64,000 bases of DNA from Truepera sp. (GCA_965218435.1 CBDCKW010000009.1:1216001-1280000); one strand, 5' to 3'; numbered from the stretch's first letter, positions 19,565-30,076 are shown. A program made the numbers and translations. The notes: a model not told the origin generated them from the sequence alone.

Positions 19565-19652
19565 TAAAATTTCGTTATAAAAGCCTGTAAAAACCGTACA
19601 TCTTTTTGCTGACGGCCTACAACTGCGCTACACTGACCGCAGGAGGCCCGCC

Positions 19653-20201
19653 GTGCTGTGGATCGTACTTGGACTGCTCGTTGTTGTCGCCCTCATCGGG
19701 GTCACGCTTTACAACCGTATCACCGTTTTAGAAAACCGGATTAAAAACGCTTGGGCGCAGATCGATGTGCAGCTCAAACGCCGTAATGATCTCATTCCAA
19801 ATCTGCTCGAGACGGTCAAAGGCTACGCTACCCACGAGCGTGAGCTGTTTACCCAACTCGGTGAGGCGCGTGAACGTTCGCTCCGGGCAACGACAGTACC
19901 CGAACAAGCCGAAGCTTCGAATCAGGTGACGAACGCCCTGCGGAGTGTATTTGCCGTCGCTGAAAATTACCCTGAACTTAAAGCCAACCAAAACTTTTTG
20001 GCTTTGCAAACCGAGTTGTCCCAAACTGAAAATAAAATCGCCTACGCGCGGCAGTTTTACAATGATGCGGTGCTCCAATTTAACAACGCTATTCAGACAG
20101 TTCCCGGCGTGTTTGTAGCAGGGCCGATGGGTAAAACGCCGCAGGTTGCGCTCGAGACCCCTGAAACCGAACGAGCAGTTCCGAAAGTGTCGTTTAGCTG
20201 A
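19653..20201 (+). CDS. lemA: LemA family protein
   Basis: NAWAQIDVQLKRRNDLIPNL..VKGYATHE..ENYPELKANQNF. Confidence 0.93.
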   Translation: MLWIVLGLLVVVALIGVTLYNRITVLENRIKNAWAQIDVQLKRRNDLIPNLLETVKGYATHERELFTQLGEARERSLRATTVPEQAEASNQVTNALRSVFAVAENYPELKANQNFLALQTELSQTENKIAYARQFYNDAVLQFNNAIQTVPGVFVAGPMGKTPQVALETPETERAVPKVSFS

Positions 20202-20207
20202 GACTTA

Positions 20208-20356
20208 GAACCTGTCCGAATCAGGTGCGCCTGTCTGAGCTAGGTCGGAGACATCTTTGGAATATCGCTTGCGCCCTTTGAGAGCGTATATCTCCAGCTA
20301 TTTGGTTTGGGTAGAAAGCCGTCTAGCACGATAAGAAGCATTTTACGGATAGGTTC
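20208..20356. mobile_element. MITE type C (149 bp, TTA duplication)
   Basis: GAACCTGTCCG...CGGATAGGTTC (10/11 inverted), flanked by TTA at 20205-20207 and 20357-20359. Confidence 0.65.
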
Positions 20357-20373
20357 TTAAACCTGTTCAAATC

Positions 20374-20408
20374 AAAAACCCCCACACTCTTTACTAAGTG
20401 CGGGGGTT
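20374..20408. terminator. Terminator between convergent lemA and rpsA
   Basis: AACCCCCACAC...GTGCGGGGGTT hairpin; A-run gives a U-tail on the minus strand. Confidence 0.65.
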
Positions 20409-20423
20409 CATCGTCAAAACTTT

Positions 20424-22712
20424 TTATGCAGAAGGCTCTTTTTCCTCTTCAGGTTGAGCCGTCTCTGAGGTTTCACTCTGCGTCTCAGGCGTGCTGGGCG
20501 CTGGGCGTCTGCCCTGGCGGAACGCAGCGGTTAAGAGTGCCGCAGCTTCAGCCGCGTCTATCGCGTTTTCCGGTTCTTCTTCCGGCGCTTTGGGCGCTTC
20601 TTTCTGCTCGACCGGAGCCGGTTCAGCTGGGGCCACTGAGGTCTGCGGTTCAGCGGTGCCGGTGTCAGCTGCTGGTGCTGAGGAGGCCGCTGTATCGGCG
20701 CTTACCTCATCACCCGAACTGCTCCCTACGTCGTCCTGAGCTTGCGTATCCGTGTCAGGTTGTGACTGGCTGTCGCTCAAACCAAACTGGGCGAACAGGT
20801 CGGCGTAAACGTCGCCCAACTTGGTCGTGGTTTTGCTGCCTGCGTCGGCACTCGCATACGAGTAGTCGTAGTCAATGCCCTGGCTCCGGCGACCGCCACG
20901 GCGACCCCCTTTGCGGCCTCCGCCTCGGCTCTGCGGTGCGCCGAGCGGTGCGCCGCCTTCATAGCTACCTTCGCCCGCGCTGAACGGCAGAGTGCGTTTA
21001 CGCGACAAGCTGGCGCGCTGCTCGATGGGGTCGATGTTCAAGATAACGGCGGTGATCTCGTCACCCTTATTAAAGTGCTGGCTGATGTCCTCGATGTGCT
21101 CGTGGGCTAGCTCGCTGATGTGAACCAAGCCCTCGATACCCTCTTCGATCTCCATAAAGACGCCGAAATCGGTCAGGCCGGTGATCGGGCCGGTAACTTC
21201 CGTACCGGGCGGGAAGCGGTCGGGTAGGCTCGACCACGGATCGGGTTGGGTCTGGCGTAAACCGAGCGAAATCCGCTGCTGCGGCACGTCAATCTTGAGG
21301 ACCATCGCCTCGACTTCTTGGCCCTCTTCGACGACCTCTTTAGGGTGCCGGACGCGCTTGGTCCAGCTCATCTCCGAGACGTGAATCAGCCCCTCGAGCC
21401 CCGACTCGATCTCGACAAACGCGCCGAACGGCGTGATGTTGGTGACCTTACCGGCGACTTTTTGGCCGATATGGTAGTTGGCCAAAACGTTTTCCCACGG
21501 GTCGCCCTTGAGAGACTTCATAGACAAGTTGATACGTTCGCGCTCCAAGTCCATGTCCATAACTTCGACCTGAACTTTTTGCCCGACTTCTAAAACTTCG
21601 CGGGGGTGGTTAAAGCGGCCGTGCGTGATCTCGCTGCGGTGAACAAGGCCGTCTACGCCGCCCAAGTTGACAAACGCACCGAAGTCCGTGATTTCAACGA
21701 CTTCACCCTCCAACTTGGCACCGGGCTCGAGCTTTTTAAGCGTCTCTTCTTTAAGGCCCGCGAGCTCTTCTTCCATAATCGAGCGGCGCGAGATAATCAC
21801 GCGGTTGCGGCGGCGGTTGAGTTCGATGATCCGAACCCGCATCCGCTGCCCGACATACGGCGAAAGGTCGTTGATCCGGCGCACATCTACTTGGCTGGCG
21901 GGTAAAAACGCCCGCACGCCCAAGTTGGCGACTAAACCGCCCCGAACTTTTTCAACGATTTCAACTTCAACCGGTAGTTTCTTGTCAAAGATGTCTTGCA
22001 AGAGGTTCCACGCACGCTCTTGGTCGGCGCGTTTTTTCGACAAGATGATGGTGCTGTTGGGGATGTCTACGCGGATCGCGTAAACTTGCAACTCGTCACC
22101 GGGCTTAAAGTATTTGGCAGCTTCGGTGGCGTCGGCTTCAAACTCGAAGAGCTGGTTGTAAGGGACCAAACCCTCAACTTTTTGGCCCACATCAACGACT
22201 AAACCCTCTTGTGAGAGCATAATGACCGTGCCGGTGGTGAGCATCCCACGGTGAATGGGTTTGCGGGCGAGTTGCTCGTCCGAGGCGGCCATCACTTCTT
22301 CCATGGTCATACCCTGGCCGTCGTCATCTTGGTTGCTCGTGTCCTGGCTGCTCGCTGATGCGCTCTGACTGGCATTTTGGGCTACGTCTGCCTGAGAAGC
22401 GTCAGTCTGAGCTGTGTCCGTCGCCCTGGCTTCATCTTCTCGGGGGATGACGTCGGCCGCAACCGGGGTTTCTTCCGCAGCTTCTGCCAGGGCTGCTCCT
22501 GTATCTGCAGCGGCGTTTACGGTGTCGTCCTCAGTACTTTGAGTGGGTTTGGCGTCGGCGTCCTCTGGGGTAGAAACTGAGTTAGGGGTCTCAGCCGACG
22601 CTGCGCTTTCACCCTGAATGGGCGCAGTGGTCGGTGCCTCGGTCGAACCGGGGTTCTGGGCTTGGTCGGTGCCGGATACAGGGTGTCCGGTCTGGTTTTC
22701 CTTTTGATCCAT
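20424..22712 (-). CDS. rpsA: 30S ribosomal protein S1 with long acidic N- and C-terminal extensions
   Basis: Repeated S1 domains ([14 protein letters not shown]), [26 protein letters not shown]. Confidence 0.95.
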   Translation of the reverse strand: MDQKENQTGHPVSGTDQAQNPGSTEAPTTAPIQGESAASAETPNSVSTPEDADAKPTQSTEDDTVNAAADTGAALAEAAEETPVAADVIPREDEARATDTAQTDASQADVAQNASQSASASSQDTSNQDDDGQGMTMEEVMAASDEQLARKPIHRGMLTTGTVIMLSQEGLVVDVGQKVEGLVPYNQLFEFEADATEAAKYFKPGDELQVYAIRVDIPNSTIILSKKRADQERAWNLLQDIFDKKLPVEVEIVEKVRGGLVANLGVRAFLPASQVDVRRINDLSPYVGQRMRVRIIELNRRRNRVIISRRSIMEEELAGLKEETLKKLEPGAKLEGEVVEITDFGAFVNLGGVDGLVHRSEITHGRFNHPREVLEVGQKVQVEVMDMDLERERINLSMKSLKGDPWENVLANYHIGQKVAGKVTNITPFGAFVEIESGLEGLIHVSEMSWTKRVRHPKEVVEEGQEVEAMVLKIDVPQQRISLGLRQTQPDPWSSLPDRFPPGTEVTGPITGLTDFGVFMEIEEGIEGLVHISELAHEHIEDISQHFNKGDEITAVILNIDPIEQRASLSRKRTLPFSAGEGSYEGGAPLGAPQSRGGGRKGGRRGGRRSQGIDYDYSYASADAGSKTTTKLGDVYADLFAQFGLSDSQSQPDTDTQAQDDVGSSSGDEVSADTAASSAPAADTGTAEPQTSVAPAEPAPVEQKEAPKAPEEEPENAIDAAEAAALLTAAFRQGRRPAPSTPETQSETSETAQPEEEKEPSA

Positions 22713-22971
22713 GTTAAGGGGGTTCCTCCTTGCCTAAGCTGTGGCAACATTCTTATTTAAGCACGAATCTCTGCGGTACACAAGGCTTGCTGACGTTATC
22801 TAAGCGTATCGACCTTAGCTAAAACGCAGACTGAGCCGAAACTACGAACAAGCTGTGCGACGCGGGGATCAGTAACTTTTCTACTATAGCAGAATTCTTA
22901 GGTTTTGCGTAAGGGTAGCCTACGATTATGTTGTCCTAGTGGGGCGTTTTTACGGCGATCTAGCCGAGAAA

Positions 22972-24165
22972 TTAAGTTTGGCCGACTAAAAGTGCAATTT
23001 TAACGCCGCCGTTATGAAACTCACGTTTTTTAGACACGTCTAATGTGACCCAACTCGGGTCGGGTGTAAGCAGCGCAAAGGTCCATCCCGGCGACTGGGA
23101 TAGCGTAGCCGACAGATCAGCGTAAAGCTGGCGGGCGTCTTTAGCACTCAGCCGTCTGCCGTAGGGCGGATTGCTCACGAGCAGGGCGTGTTCGGCACTG
23201 GTTTTAAGCGTGTGGTAGGGAAGCGTGCGGGCGTCTGCGGCGCTAAACTGCACAGTGCCCGCAACCCCGGCGCGTTCGGCGTTGTGCTGCGCGGCACCTA
23301 AAATCTGTGCGTCTTGATCAAACCCGAAAAGCTGAACACCGGCCGGATGTTCCCCAGCTTTGGCCTCACGTTTGAGGCGTTCCCACAAAGGACTTTGAAA
23401 GCCTGGGAGGGCTTCAAAGGCAAACGTGCGCCCACCTCCGGGCATAGCGCCGCGTAAAAGGCGGGCGGCCTCGAGCAAAAATGTGCCGCTGCCACACATG
23501 GGGTCAACGATCAGGTCAAATTGCTTGAAATCTACCGTTTCTAAAATGGCGGCGGCGAGCGTTTCACGTAAAGGTGCGCCGCCGACGTGCGTCCGGTAAC
23601 CGCGCCGGTGCAAATGCTCACCGCTGGTATCTAAGCTCAAGGTACAGCGGTCTTGAAACAGGCGCACATGAACATTTAACGCTGCCTCATCTGACAAGTC
23701 CGGGTGAAGTCCCAACGGTAGCAGGGCCGTTTGCACCGCACTAAAAACCGTCTCGGCAATTTTCGGCGGATAGTGAAGCCTCGAGCTGCGGCTGCTGACG
23801 CTAAACTTCACCTGTGGTTGGAAGCCGACAAACCGTTCCCACGGTACTTTGACCGCTTTGTTATAGAGCATCGGATACGACTGCGCCAAAAATTCGGCCA
23901 TCCGCCATAAGACGCGGTGGGCGCTGGCGAGTTGCAAATTCGCGTGGTACATCGCCCGGTAAGGCCCCCGAAACTCGACGCCGCCACGGACAATTTTAGC
24001 GTCGCTGATGTTCGGCAATGCTTGAACTTCAGCGAGTAACACCGCTTCAAACCCCGGTGCGCCAACGGCTAAAAAGTCGTGCGTTTCTTTAAGGACGTAG
24101 CGTTTAAGGCGGCGCTCCAAGGCTCGAGGGGTAAGCGTACTCACCTTAAAGTCCGGTACGGGCAA
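22972..24165 (-). CDS. THUMP-domain RNA methyltransferase (RlmL-like)
   Basis: LSLDTSGEHLHRRGYR, APLRETLAAA, DPMCGSGT, NPPYG. Confidence 0.88.
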   Translation of the reverse strand: MPVPDFKVSTLTPRALERRLKRYVLKETHDFLAVGAPGFEAVLLAEVQALPNISDAKIVRGGVEFRGPYRAMYHANLQLASAHRVLWRMAEFLAQSYPMLYNKAVKVPWERFVGFQPQVKFSVSSRSSRLHYPPKIAETVFSAVQTALLPLGLHPDLSDEAALNVHVRLFQDRCTLSLDTSGEHLHRRGYRTHVGGAPLRETLAAAILETVDFKQFDLIVDPMCGSGTFLLEAARLLRGAMPGGGRTFAFEALPGFQSPLWERLKREAKAGEHPAGVQLFGFDQDAQILGAAQHNAERAGVAGTVQFSAADARTLPYHTLKTSAEHALLVSNPPYGRRLSAKDARQLYADLSATLSQSPGWTFALLTPDPSWVTLDVSKKREFHNGGVKIALLVGQT

Positions 24166-24437
24166 AGCTCCGGGCAGTTCCTCGAGACGCCGAGCAAACT
24201 CGCCGTTTGGCTTAAAATTTGGGTAGTCGTAGGGGACGCCATAATGACCATGATGCTACGAGTCGGGCAACTAAAGTCAACTCTGGATGAGGTGACGTTG
24301 GGTGAAACCCGCAGCTATCTTCGGGAGCTGATTTGTAAAAAGATGCCGACGGTCGTTTATTGTGAAACAGGAGGTTGCAACGCTCTTTTAGGCCGACGGT
24401 TACAGCGCTCGAGGTTGAGCCGTTACCAAGACACCTA

Positions 24438-24667
24438 GAGCGTGTTATGAACTCCAGTCACAAGATGAGTTCCTGGAAGCCGTTGTAGACGCAAGCTTCG
24501 GCCCTAAGCCTGCTCGCACCTTCAGGTACGGCAACTACCCAACCGTCAAGGACAAGTTCCGTAAGGCTTGTAAAAGCCAAGTAGAGCCTTAGAAAAGCCC
24601 AGCAGGACGGAACACTGCGAGCATTCCCAACTGAGCAAGACCCGCTTCGGAAGTTCATCGCAGCCTC
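24438..24667 (+). mobile_element. Diverged relative of MITE type A
   Basis: Starts TA|GAGCGTGTTATGAACTC, identical to type A; internal AGCAGGACGG shared; degenerate right TIR GTTCATCGCAGCCTC (11/15). Confidence 0.5.
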
Positions 24668-24939
24668 CAGGTTTTAGCCTGAACCCTAACTCCAACATTT
24701 TCACAAAGGCTTACTACCAGCCTACTTTCGGGGACATACCTGCTTTGGGCGCTTGATCTGTGAGCGTTTTTTTCACCGCCCCTGAACATTCGCCTGTAGC
24801 CTTAGCCAATAGAAGCTCACTTTTGCTAGAAGGGCATGCACAGCAAGCAGAACCCTTTGCCTTGAGGTAGCAGTGGGAGTTAGTAGAGCCAAACGGTAAC
24901 GATCAGACTTTAGTCCAGCCCACGACGTCACACATCCTA

Positions 24940-25772
24940 GGCTCAGGACTCATTAACTGAGATAGAAGATAACGGTTGCGGCGATGCAGATGGCGGAGAA
25001 GAAGGTGTGGGCGCAGCTATCGTAGCGCATGGCGATGCGCCTCCAGTCCTTAAGTTTAGCGAACATGTTCTCGATTTTGTGACGTTTTTTGTAGAGGTTG
25101 GCGTCATAAGCGGTGAAGGCGTTACGATTGTTCTTCGGCGGTATGCAAGGCGTTATGCCTTTGGCTTTCAGGGCGCTTCTAAACCAGTCGGCGTCGTAGC
25201 CTCGATCGGCAATCATCTCTTTGGCTTTGGGCAAGACGTCAAGCAAACGGGCTGCGCCTTTATAATCGCTTGTCTGCCCTTCGGTCAGCAGCAACGCCAC
25301 CAGCTTGCCCTCACCATCACATACCGCATGAAGCTTGGAGTTCAGGCCGCCTTTTGTACGTCCGATACCGCGAGGAACAGCCCTTTTTTTAACAGGCTTG
25401 CGGCCGTGCGGTGGGCTTTCAGATGCGTGGCGTCGATCATCAGCCGCTCGGACTCGCTACTTTTGGCCAGTTCCTCGAATATCCGGTTGAACACACCTAG
25501 ACGGCTCCAGCGAACAAAACGGTTATATAGCGTCTTGTACGGGCCATATGCACGTGGTGCGTCTTTCCACTGCAGACCGTTACGAAGAACATAAATGATG
25601 CCACTTACCACCCACCAGTCATCCACCCGTGCAATCCCGTGTGAACGTGGAAAATACGGCTTGATGCGCTCAAGCTGCGGCTCTGTCAGTAAAAAAGGTG
25701 TGCTCATAGCAATCCCTCTTACCATAGAATATACGGGCAATTTCTCTGAAGCTGATTGATGAGTCCTGAACC
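24940..25772 (-). mobile_element. IS5-family (IS427-like) element, apparently intact
   Basis: TIRs GGCTCAGGACTCATTAA / TTGATGAGTCCTGAACC, TA flanks, two overlapping ORFs. Confidence 0.92.
24953..25707 (-). CDS. IS5-family transposase: orfA (25342-25707) joined to orfB by a -1 frameshift at A7G near 25384-25392
   Basis: IIYVLRNGLQWKDAP, LMIDATHLKAH; -1 frame RTKGGLNSKLHAVCD...ADRGYD...YKKRHKIENMF. Confidence 0.88.
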
Positions 25773-25951
25773 TAACCAACTCAACCGTTGGCGGTGCTTT
25801 AACCACTTCGTTCGGTGGTCGGGGTGCTCGAGCTCAAACCGGGCACGTGACACGGGTACGCCGCTAAAGCTGCTACGCTGAAGCTACCCCCACAAAAAGC
25901 GGGTTGTGCTTTCGGCAGTGGCTAGGGCCGGACACCGAAACGGAGTGCGCC

Positions 25952-26284
25952 ATGTCCCAAAAAGGGTTTGATGTTTTACGAGAAGCCACCGACTCGCGTT
26001 ACCGCCTGTCTATTGTGGTTGGTAGGCGCGCCGCGCAGCTTAAAAAGGGTGTGCCCTCGACCTTGACCGGTAAAGTTATCCCCGACGCTGAAAACGCGGT
26101 TACGGCGGCGATGGCCGAACTCGAGCACGGCAGCGGCGTCCGCTGGGACAACGACCTGCCGAGCGCGGACGTGATCAATACCCAAGTTCAGCGCGACCTC
26201 AAAAGTGCGGCTGAAGAGCCCAGGCGCTACAGCGTCTTACAAGATAACCTCGAGCACAAAAGAGACGGTGACAACGCTTTTTAG
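25952..26284 (+). CDS. rpoZ: RNA polymerase omega subunit
   Basis: GFDVLREATDSRYRLSIVVGRRAAQL...NAVTAAMAEL (Thermus-type omega); GGAG RBS. Confidence 0.85.
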   Translation: MSQKGFDVLREATDSRYRLSIVVGRRAAQLKKGVPSTLTGKVIPDAENAVTAAMAELEHGSGVRWDNDLPSADVINTQVQRDLKSAAEEPRRYSVLQDNLEHKRDGDNAF

Positions 26285-26327
26285 CTATGTATTACGGCTA
26301 AAAGTTGCTCAGCTGTAAATAGACGGC

Positions 26328-26356
26328 TTGTGCTAGGGCTTGAGATAGTCTATAAT
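26328..26356 (+). promoter_or_regulatory. Sigma70-type promoter of csp
   Basis: TTGTGC-N17-TATAAT, giving a leader of about 115 nt. Confidence 0.65.
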
Positions 26357-26479
26357 CGGGGTATCTGCAACAAAGCGAGCGTTGTGGTTCGGGCAGCGGC
26401 CCGAAGTTGTCTACTGCAATGCGCTTACAGCAATACAGCTTTTACGTGTACTGTGCGGTAGAAGAAAGATTGGTATAGA

Positions 26480-26728
26480 ATGGCAACAGGCAAAGTCAAG
26501 TGGTTTAACGGCGAAAAAGGTTTCGGTTTTATCGAGCAAGAAGGCGGCGGCGAAGACCTCTTCGTTCACTTCTCAGCGATTACCGGCGACGGCTACCGCA
26601 ACCTCAACGAAGGCGACGAAGTCGAGTTCGACACCGAACGCGGCCAAAAAGGGATGCAGGCGACCAACGTCAAGGTCACCAACGCTGCGCCCGCGTCGCA
26701 GCGTTCATCGCGCGGTTCGCGCTACTAA
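26480..26728 (+). CDS. csp: Cold-shock protein (CspA/PprM-like)
   Basis: [23 protein letters not shown]. Confidence 0.95.
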   Translation: MATGKVKWFNGEKGFGFIEQEGGGEDLFVHFSAITGDGYRNLNEGDEVEFDTERGQKGMQATNVKVTNAAPASQRSSRGSRY

Positions 26729-26772
26729 CCCGCAACCAGGGTTTGTAAAAGCAGTACCAGCCTAAAAGAACG

Positions 26773-26801
26773 AACGCCCGGTTTTGCACCGGGCGTTTTT
26801 T
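26773..26801 (+). terminator. Intrinsic terminator of csp
   Basis: AACGCCCGGT-loop-ACCGGGCGTT plus T-run. Confidence 0.85.
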
Positions 26802-26989
26802 GTGTTCGCCGGGTCTAACAACGCTGGGTCCGATAACTTTAGGTCTGATAAGTCACTGCTGCTTGATAAAATACGCTTTAGCGTCTCTAGGGTTCGGTAA
26901 GGCGACCTGAAGACGGCTCTGCTTTTGCTTATTCGAATACGCCACTAATTTGGCTCAGCTTTGAGGTCAGCAAATGCTAGGCTCTCCTA

Positions 26990-27286
26990 ATGAGACGCTA
27001 CCTTATCCTGACCGACGACTACGGCGACGTGTTGGCTGAACTTGACGAAACTCCGCGCAACGCCCTCGACGGGCCGCTCTTTAAGCTCAGCCGCCCGAAC
27101 GCTGAGCGGCAAGACGTGATCGAGGTGCCCCTACGCGCGTTTAGTGCCAAGATGGTTGACGTCATTGAGATTGTCGGTACCGGCGACTTTAACGCCCCGC
27201 CGAAAGTGCTCGAGCTACTCAAAAAAGAAAAAGCGACCGAAGAACTGACCCGGATCGAGCGGTGGGCGAAAGATAATCCTACCTAA
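26990..27286 (+). CDS. Hypothetical protein
   Basis: 98 aa ORF with host-like codon usage. Confidence 0.6.
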   Translation: MRRYLILTDDYGDVLAELDETPRNALDGPLFKLSRPNAERQDVIEVPLRAFSAKMVDVIEIVGTGDFNAPPKVLELLKKEKATEELTRIERWAKDNPT

Positions 27287-27382
27287 CATCTAGCCTAGCT
27301 GTAGGCCGTGTACGCATAGCTGCATGTACCAGAAGGTGAAATTGGAGCAGAGCGTTGCCGACTAGCTAATTCTCCAGCTGAG

Positions 27383-27937
27383 CTAGCCCCGGCTCAGCTC
27401 CGGTTCCATGTCCTCGTCTAACTCGACGACCTCACCAAGCTGTTCTAACGTCCCTTTATAAAGCTGAACGGCGAGTGCCTGAACTTCATTGACGGCGGCC
27501 GGCCCGGTCAAGGTCGGGTTGAGGCGTGCGTGCGCGACGTTTAGGCTCGCAGCCAAAACTTCAGCGAAGATAGGCCAAGGGCCGTTAAACGGCTCTTGGG
27601 CGTCGGCGGTCTCGGTTTGTACGTGCGCTGCTGGTCTCGGCGCAGTTGTACCGTCACGTGAGACAGCTTGCCCTGAGCCATCTTGCCCTGAGCCATCTTG
27701 CCCTGAGCCATCTTGCCCTGAGCCATCTTGCAGGGTCGCCAGCGCCTCTTCGCTGGCGCGGCGTTCAGCGTCTCGTTTGGTACCGCCTTCACCTTCGCCG
27801 TAAACCACGTTGCGAATCGTTACGGTACTTTCAAAAAGGGGTTCGTGTTCGGGGCCGGTGTTGTGCGTTTCAAACGTCGGCTTGCCGAGGCCCAGCTGTT
27901 TCGCTCTTTCAATTAAGACGCCTTTGGGGTGTTGCAT
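27383..27937 (-). CDS. Stand-alone dsRNA-binding-domain protein
   Basis: HPKGVLIERAKQ..P.F..TGPEHEPLF..V.I..GEGGTKRDAERRASEEAL; AAGGAG RBS. Confidence 0.8.
   Translation of the reverse strand: MQHPKGVLIERAKQLGLGKPTFETHNTGPEHEPLFESTVTIRNVVYGEGEGGTKRDAERRASEEALATLQDGSGQDGSGQDGSGQDGSGQAVSRDGTTAPRPAAHVQTETADAQEPFNGPWPIFAEVLAASLNVAHARLNPTLTGPAAVNEVQALAVQLYKGTLEQLGEVVELDEDMEPELSRG
27667..27731. repeat. Perfect 15-bp tandem repeat x4.3, encoding (QDGSG)4
   Basis: CTTGCCCTGAGCCAT repeated exactly. Confidence 0.95.
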
Positions 27938-28043
27938 CTGACTCCTTTGATCGTATTAGTCATGCTTTTACCTTTCCCGTACGGGGATCAGCTTCGTCGT
28001 AGGGGCTATCTTACCGCGCCCCTTAAAGCGTTAGCATAGCCTT

Positions 28044-28721
28044 ATGACGCGCCTTTTGCTCTGCGACGACCATACGATGTTCCGCCAGGGTTTGCGCAGT
28101 ATTTTGGAGACTGAAGAGGGCTTTCGGGTGATCGGTGAGGCGGCGACCGGCCGTGAAGCGGTGCGTTACGCTCTCTCGACACACCCGGATGTAATTGTCA
28201 TGGACATTCAGATGCCCGACCTTGACGGCGTGGCGGCGACTAAAACTATCTTAGAAGAGTTTCCGAGCGCGAAAGTTATCATCCTGACGATGTACCGCCA
28301 AGACCGTTATGTGTTCGAGGCGATCAAGGCGGGCGCGTACGGCTACCTCTTAAAAGATGCCGGGGCGGACGACCTGATCAGCGCGATTCGCCGGGTGGCC
28401 GAGGGCGAACTGCTTTTACGCCCTGAGCTGGCGTCGTCGGTACTCGATGAGTTTCGGCGGGTCAAAGAGAGTCCGGCGGCCTCGAGCCACATGTCGGAAC
28501 TGACCGAACGCGAGGCGATGATTCTCAGGTTGCTGGCGCAAGGCGCTTCAAACGTGCAGATTGCCGACGAGTTGGGGGTCAGCGAAAAAACCGTTCGTAA
28601 CCGGCTTTCAGAAATCTTCTCTAAACTGCGGCTCAACAACCGCACCCAAGCGGCACTTTACGCCCTCCGTGAGGGCATCGCTACGCTCTCTAAAGGCGAC
28701 TCGATGACGGGCGGCCGGTGA
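28044..28721 (+). CDS. NarL/LuxR-family response regulator
   Basis: [40 protein letters not shown]. Confidence 0.93.
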   Translation: MTRLLLCDDHTMFRQGLRSILETEEGFRVIGEAATGREAVRYALSTHPDVIVMDIQMPDLDGVAATKTILEEFPSAKVIILTMYRQDRYVFEAIKAGAYGYLLKDAGADDLISAIRRVAEGELLLRPELASSVLDEFRRVKESPAASSHMSELTEREAMILRLLAQGASNVQIADELGVSEKTVRNRLSEIFSKLRLNNRTQAALYALREGIATLSKGDSMTGGR

Positions 28722-28942
28722 CGCGGTTTCGCGCAGGCTGTAAACGCGAATGTGATGGCCCCGACGACCTCGCTGAGCTGGCCTATACCGCGCTCGCCTA
28801 CCCGGAATGTCCGGGGTGTCCGCACCGCCTCGAGCCTGAGGGTTCAAGTTCAGCGCCCGCTAGTTTTTGCCGTTGGTTACCGGTTGATACGCCGAATCCG
28901 TTCGCGGCGCTGGCCGGGTTTCGTGACGGGCTCGAGCCCTGA
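28718..28942 (+). CDS. Small Cys-rich hypothetical protein
   Basis: GTGA overlap with the regulator; C-x3-C...CPGCPH...C. Confidence 0.55.
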   Translation: MTRFRAGCKRECDGPDDLAELAYTALAYPECPGCPHRLEPEGSSSAPASFCRWLPVDTPNPFAALAGFRDGLEP

Positions 28943-28969
28943 TCTATAAAGCTCTATGAACCCTGAACT

Positions 28970-30076
28970 GTGACGGCTGACCTGAGCGAAATCACCGAGC
29001 TTTTGCGCACGATCTGCGAAACCCCGGCCCCGACCTTTGACGAAACTGCGCGCGGCGAACTCGTTGCGGGATTTTTAAGCGAAATGGGGCTTGCGCCCGT
29101 CACCGACGCCGTAGGTAACGTCACTGCCGAGGTACCGGGTGGCCGGGGGCCGCGTCTGCTGCTCGCAGCGCATCTCGATACCGTTTTCGGCGCGGACACT
29201 GACGTGCGCGTCCGCAAAGTGGGTAGCCGCTTGGCTGCGCCCGGTATCGGTGACAACAGCGCAAGTCTGGCTGTGCTGCTGACCTATCTGCGGCGCGTAC
29301 AGCGTGATCCTAAGTCTCATCCGCGTTTGACCTTTGCGGCAACCGTCGGTGAAGAAGGGTTAGGTAACCTCCGCGGTATCCGCGCGTTACTTGCCCGCAG
29401 AGCGCCTGACTTTGACGCTGTGATAGCCGTAGACGGGCACCTCGGCGCTCTGATCAATGCGGCGGTCGGGTCTCAGCGTTTTGAGTTTAGCTTTTCGGCA
29501 AAAGGAGGGCACTCGTGGGGCGACTTCCCCAGTCCGAGCGCGACGCACGCACTCGGTGAAGCGGTCACGGCACTCGCCAAGCTGCCGCTCGGGGTCGGGC
29601 CGCGCAGTTCGTACAACGTTGGGCAGGTGTGGGGCGGTACCGGGGTCAACGCGATTGCGCAGCGTGCCGGGTTCAACCTCGATTTAAGGAGTACCGACGC
29701 TGCACTGTTAGCGCACCTGAGCCGCGACGCGCAGGCGCGTGTAGAACGCGTTGCGGCGAGACACGAGGTTGAGCTGAGTGTTCAGCAGGTCGGTGACCGT
29801 CCGGCGGCAGTTTCCCCAAACGAGGGTCTTGTGCGCGCCGGTCAAGCGGCGCTCCGTGACCACGGGTTGCGGGCGCACCTCTCGGCGAGCAGCACCGACG
29901 CGAACGCGGCGCTGGCGCTCGGACTACCGGCGATCGCCTTCGGGGTCTACCGGGGCGGCGACGCGCACCGCCTCAGCGAGTGGCTCGAGCCCGAGTCGCT
30001 CGGCGTTGGATTAGACGTGCTGGGACGTTTGCTCGAGCGCCTCAGCGCCCTGTCACCCCACGATCTAAGCACCTGA
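28970..30076 (+). CDS. M20/M25/M40 metallo-hydrolase
   Basis: AAHLDTV, GIGDNS, VGEEGLG, GGHSW, AHRLSEW. Confidence 0.88.
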   Translation: MTADLSEITELLRTICETPAPTFDETARGELVAGFLSEMGLAPVTDAVGNVTAEVPGGRGPRLLLAAHLDTVFGADTDVRVRKVGSRLAAPGIGDNSASLAVLLTYLRRVQRDPKSHPRLTFAATVGEEGLGNLRGIRALLARRAPDFDAVIAVDGHLGALINAAVGSQRFEFSFSAKGGHSWGDFPSPSATHALGEAVTALAKLPLGVGPRSSYNVGQVWGGTGVNAIAQRAGFNLDLRSTDAALLAHLSRDAQARVERVAARHEVELSVQQVGDRPAAVSPNEGLVRAGQAALRDHGLRAHLSASSTDANAALALGLPAIAFGVYRGGDAHRLSEWLEPESLGVGLDVLGRLLERLSALSPHDLST

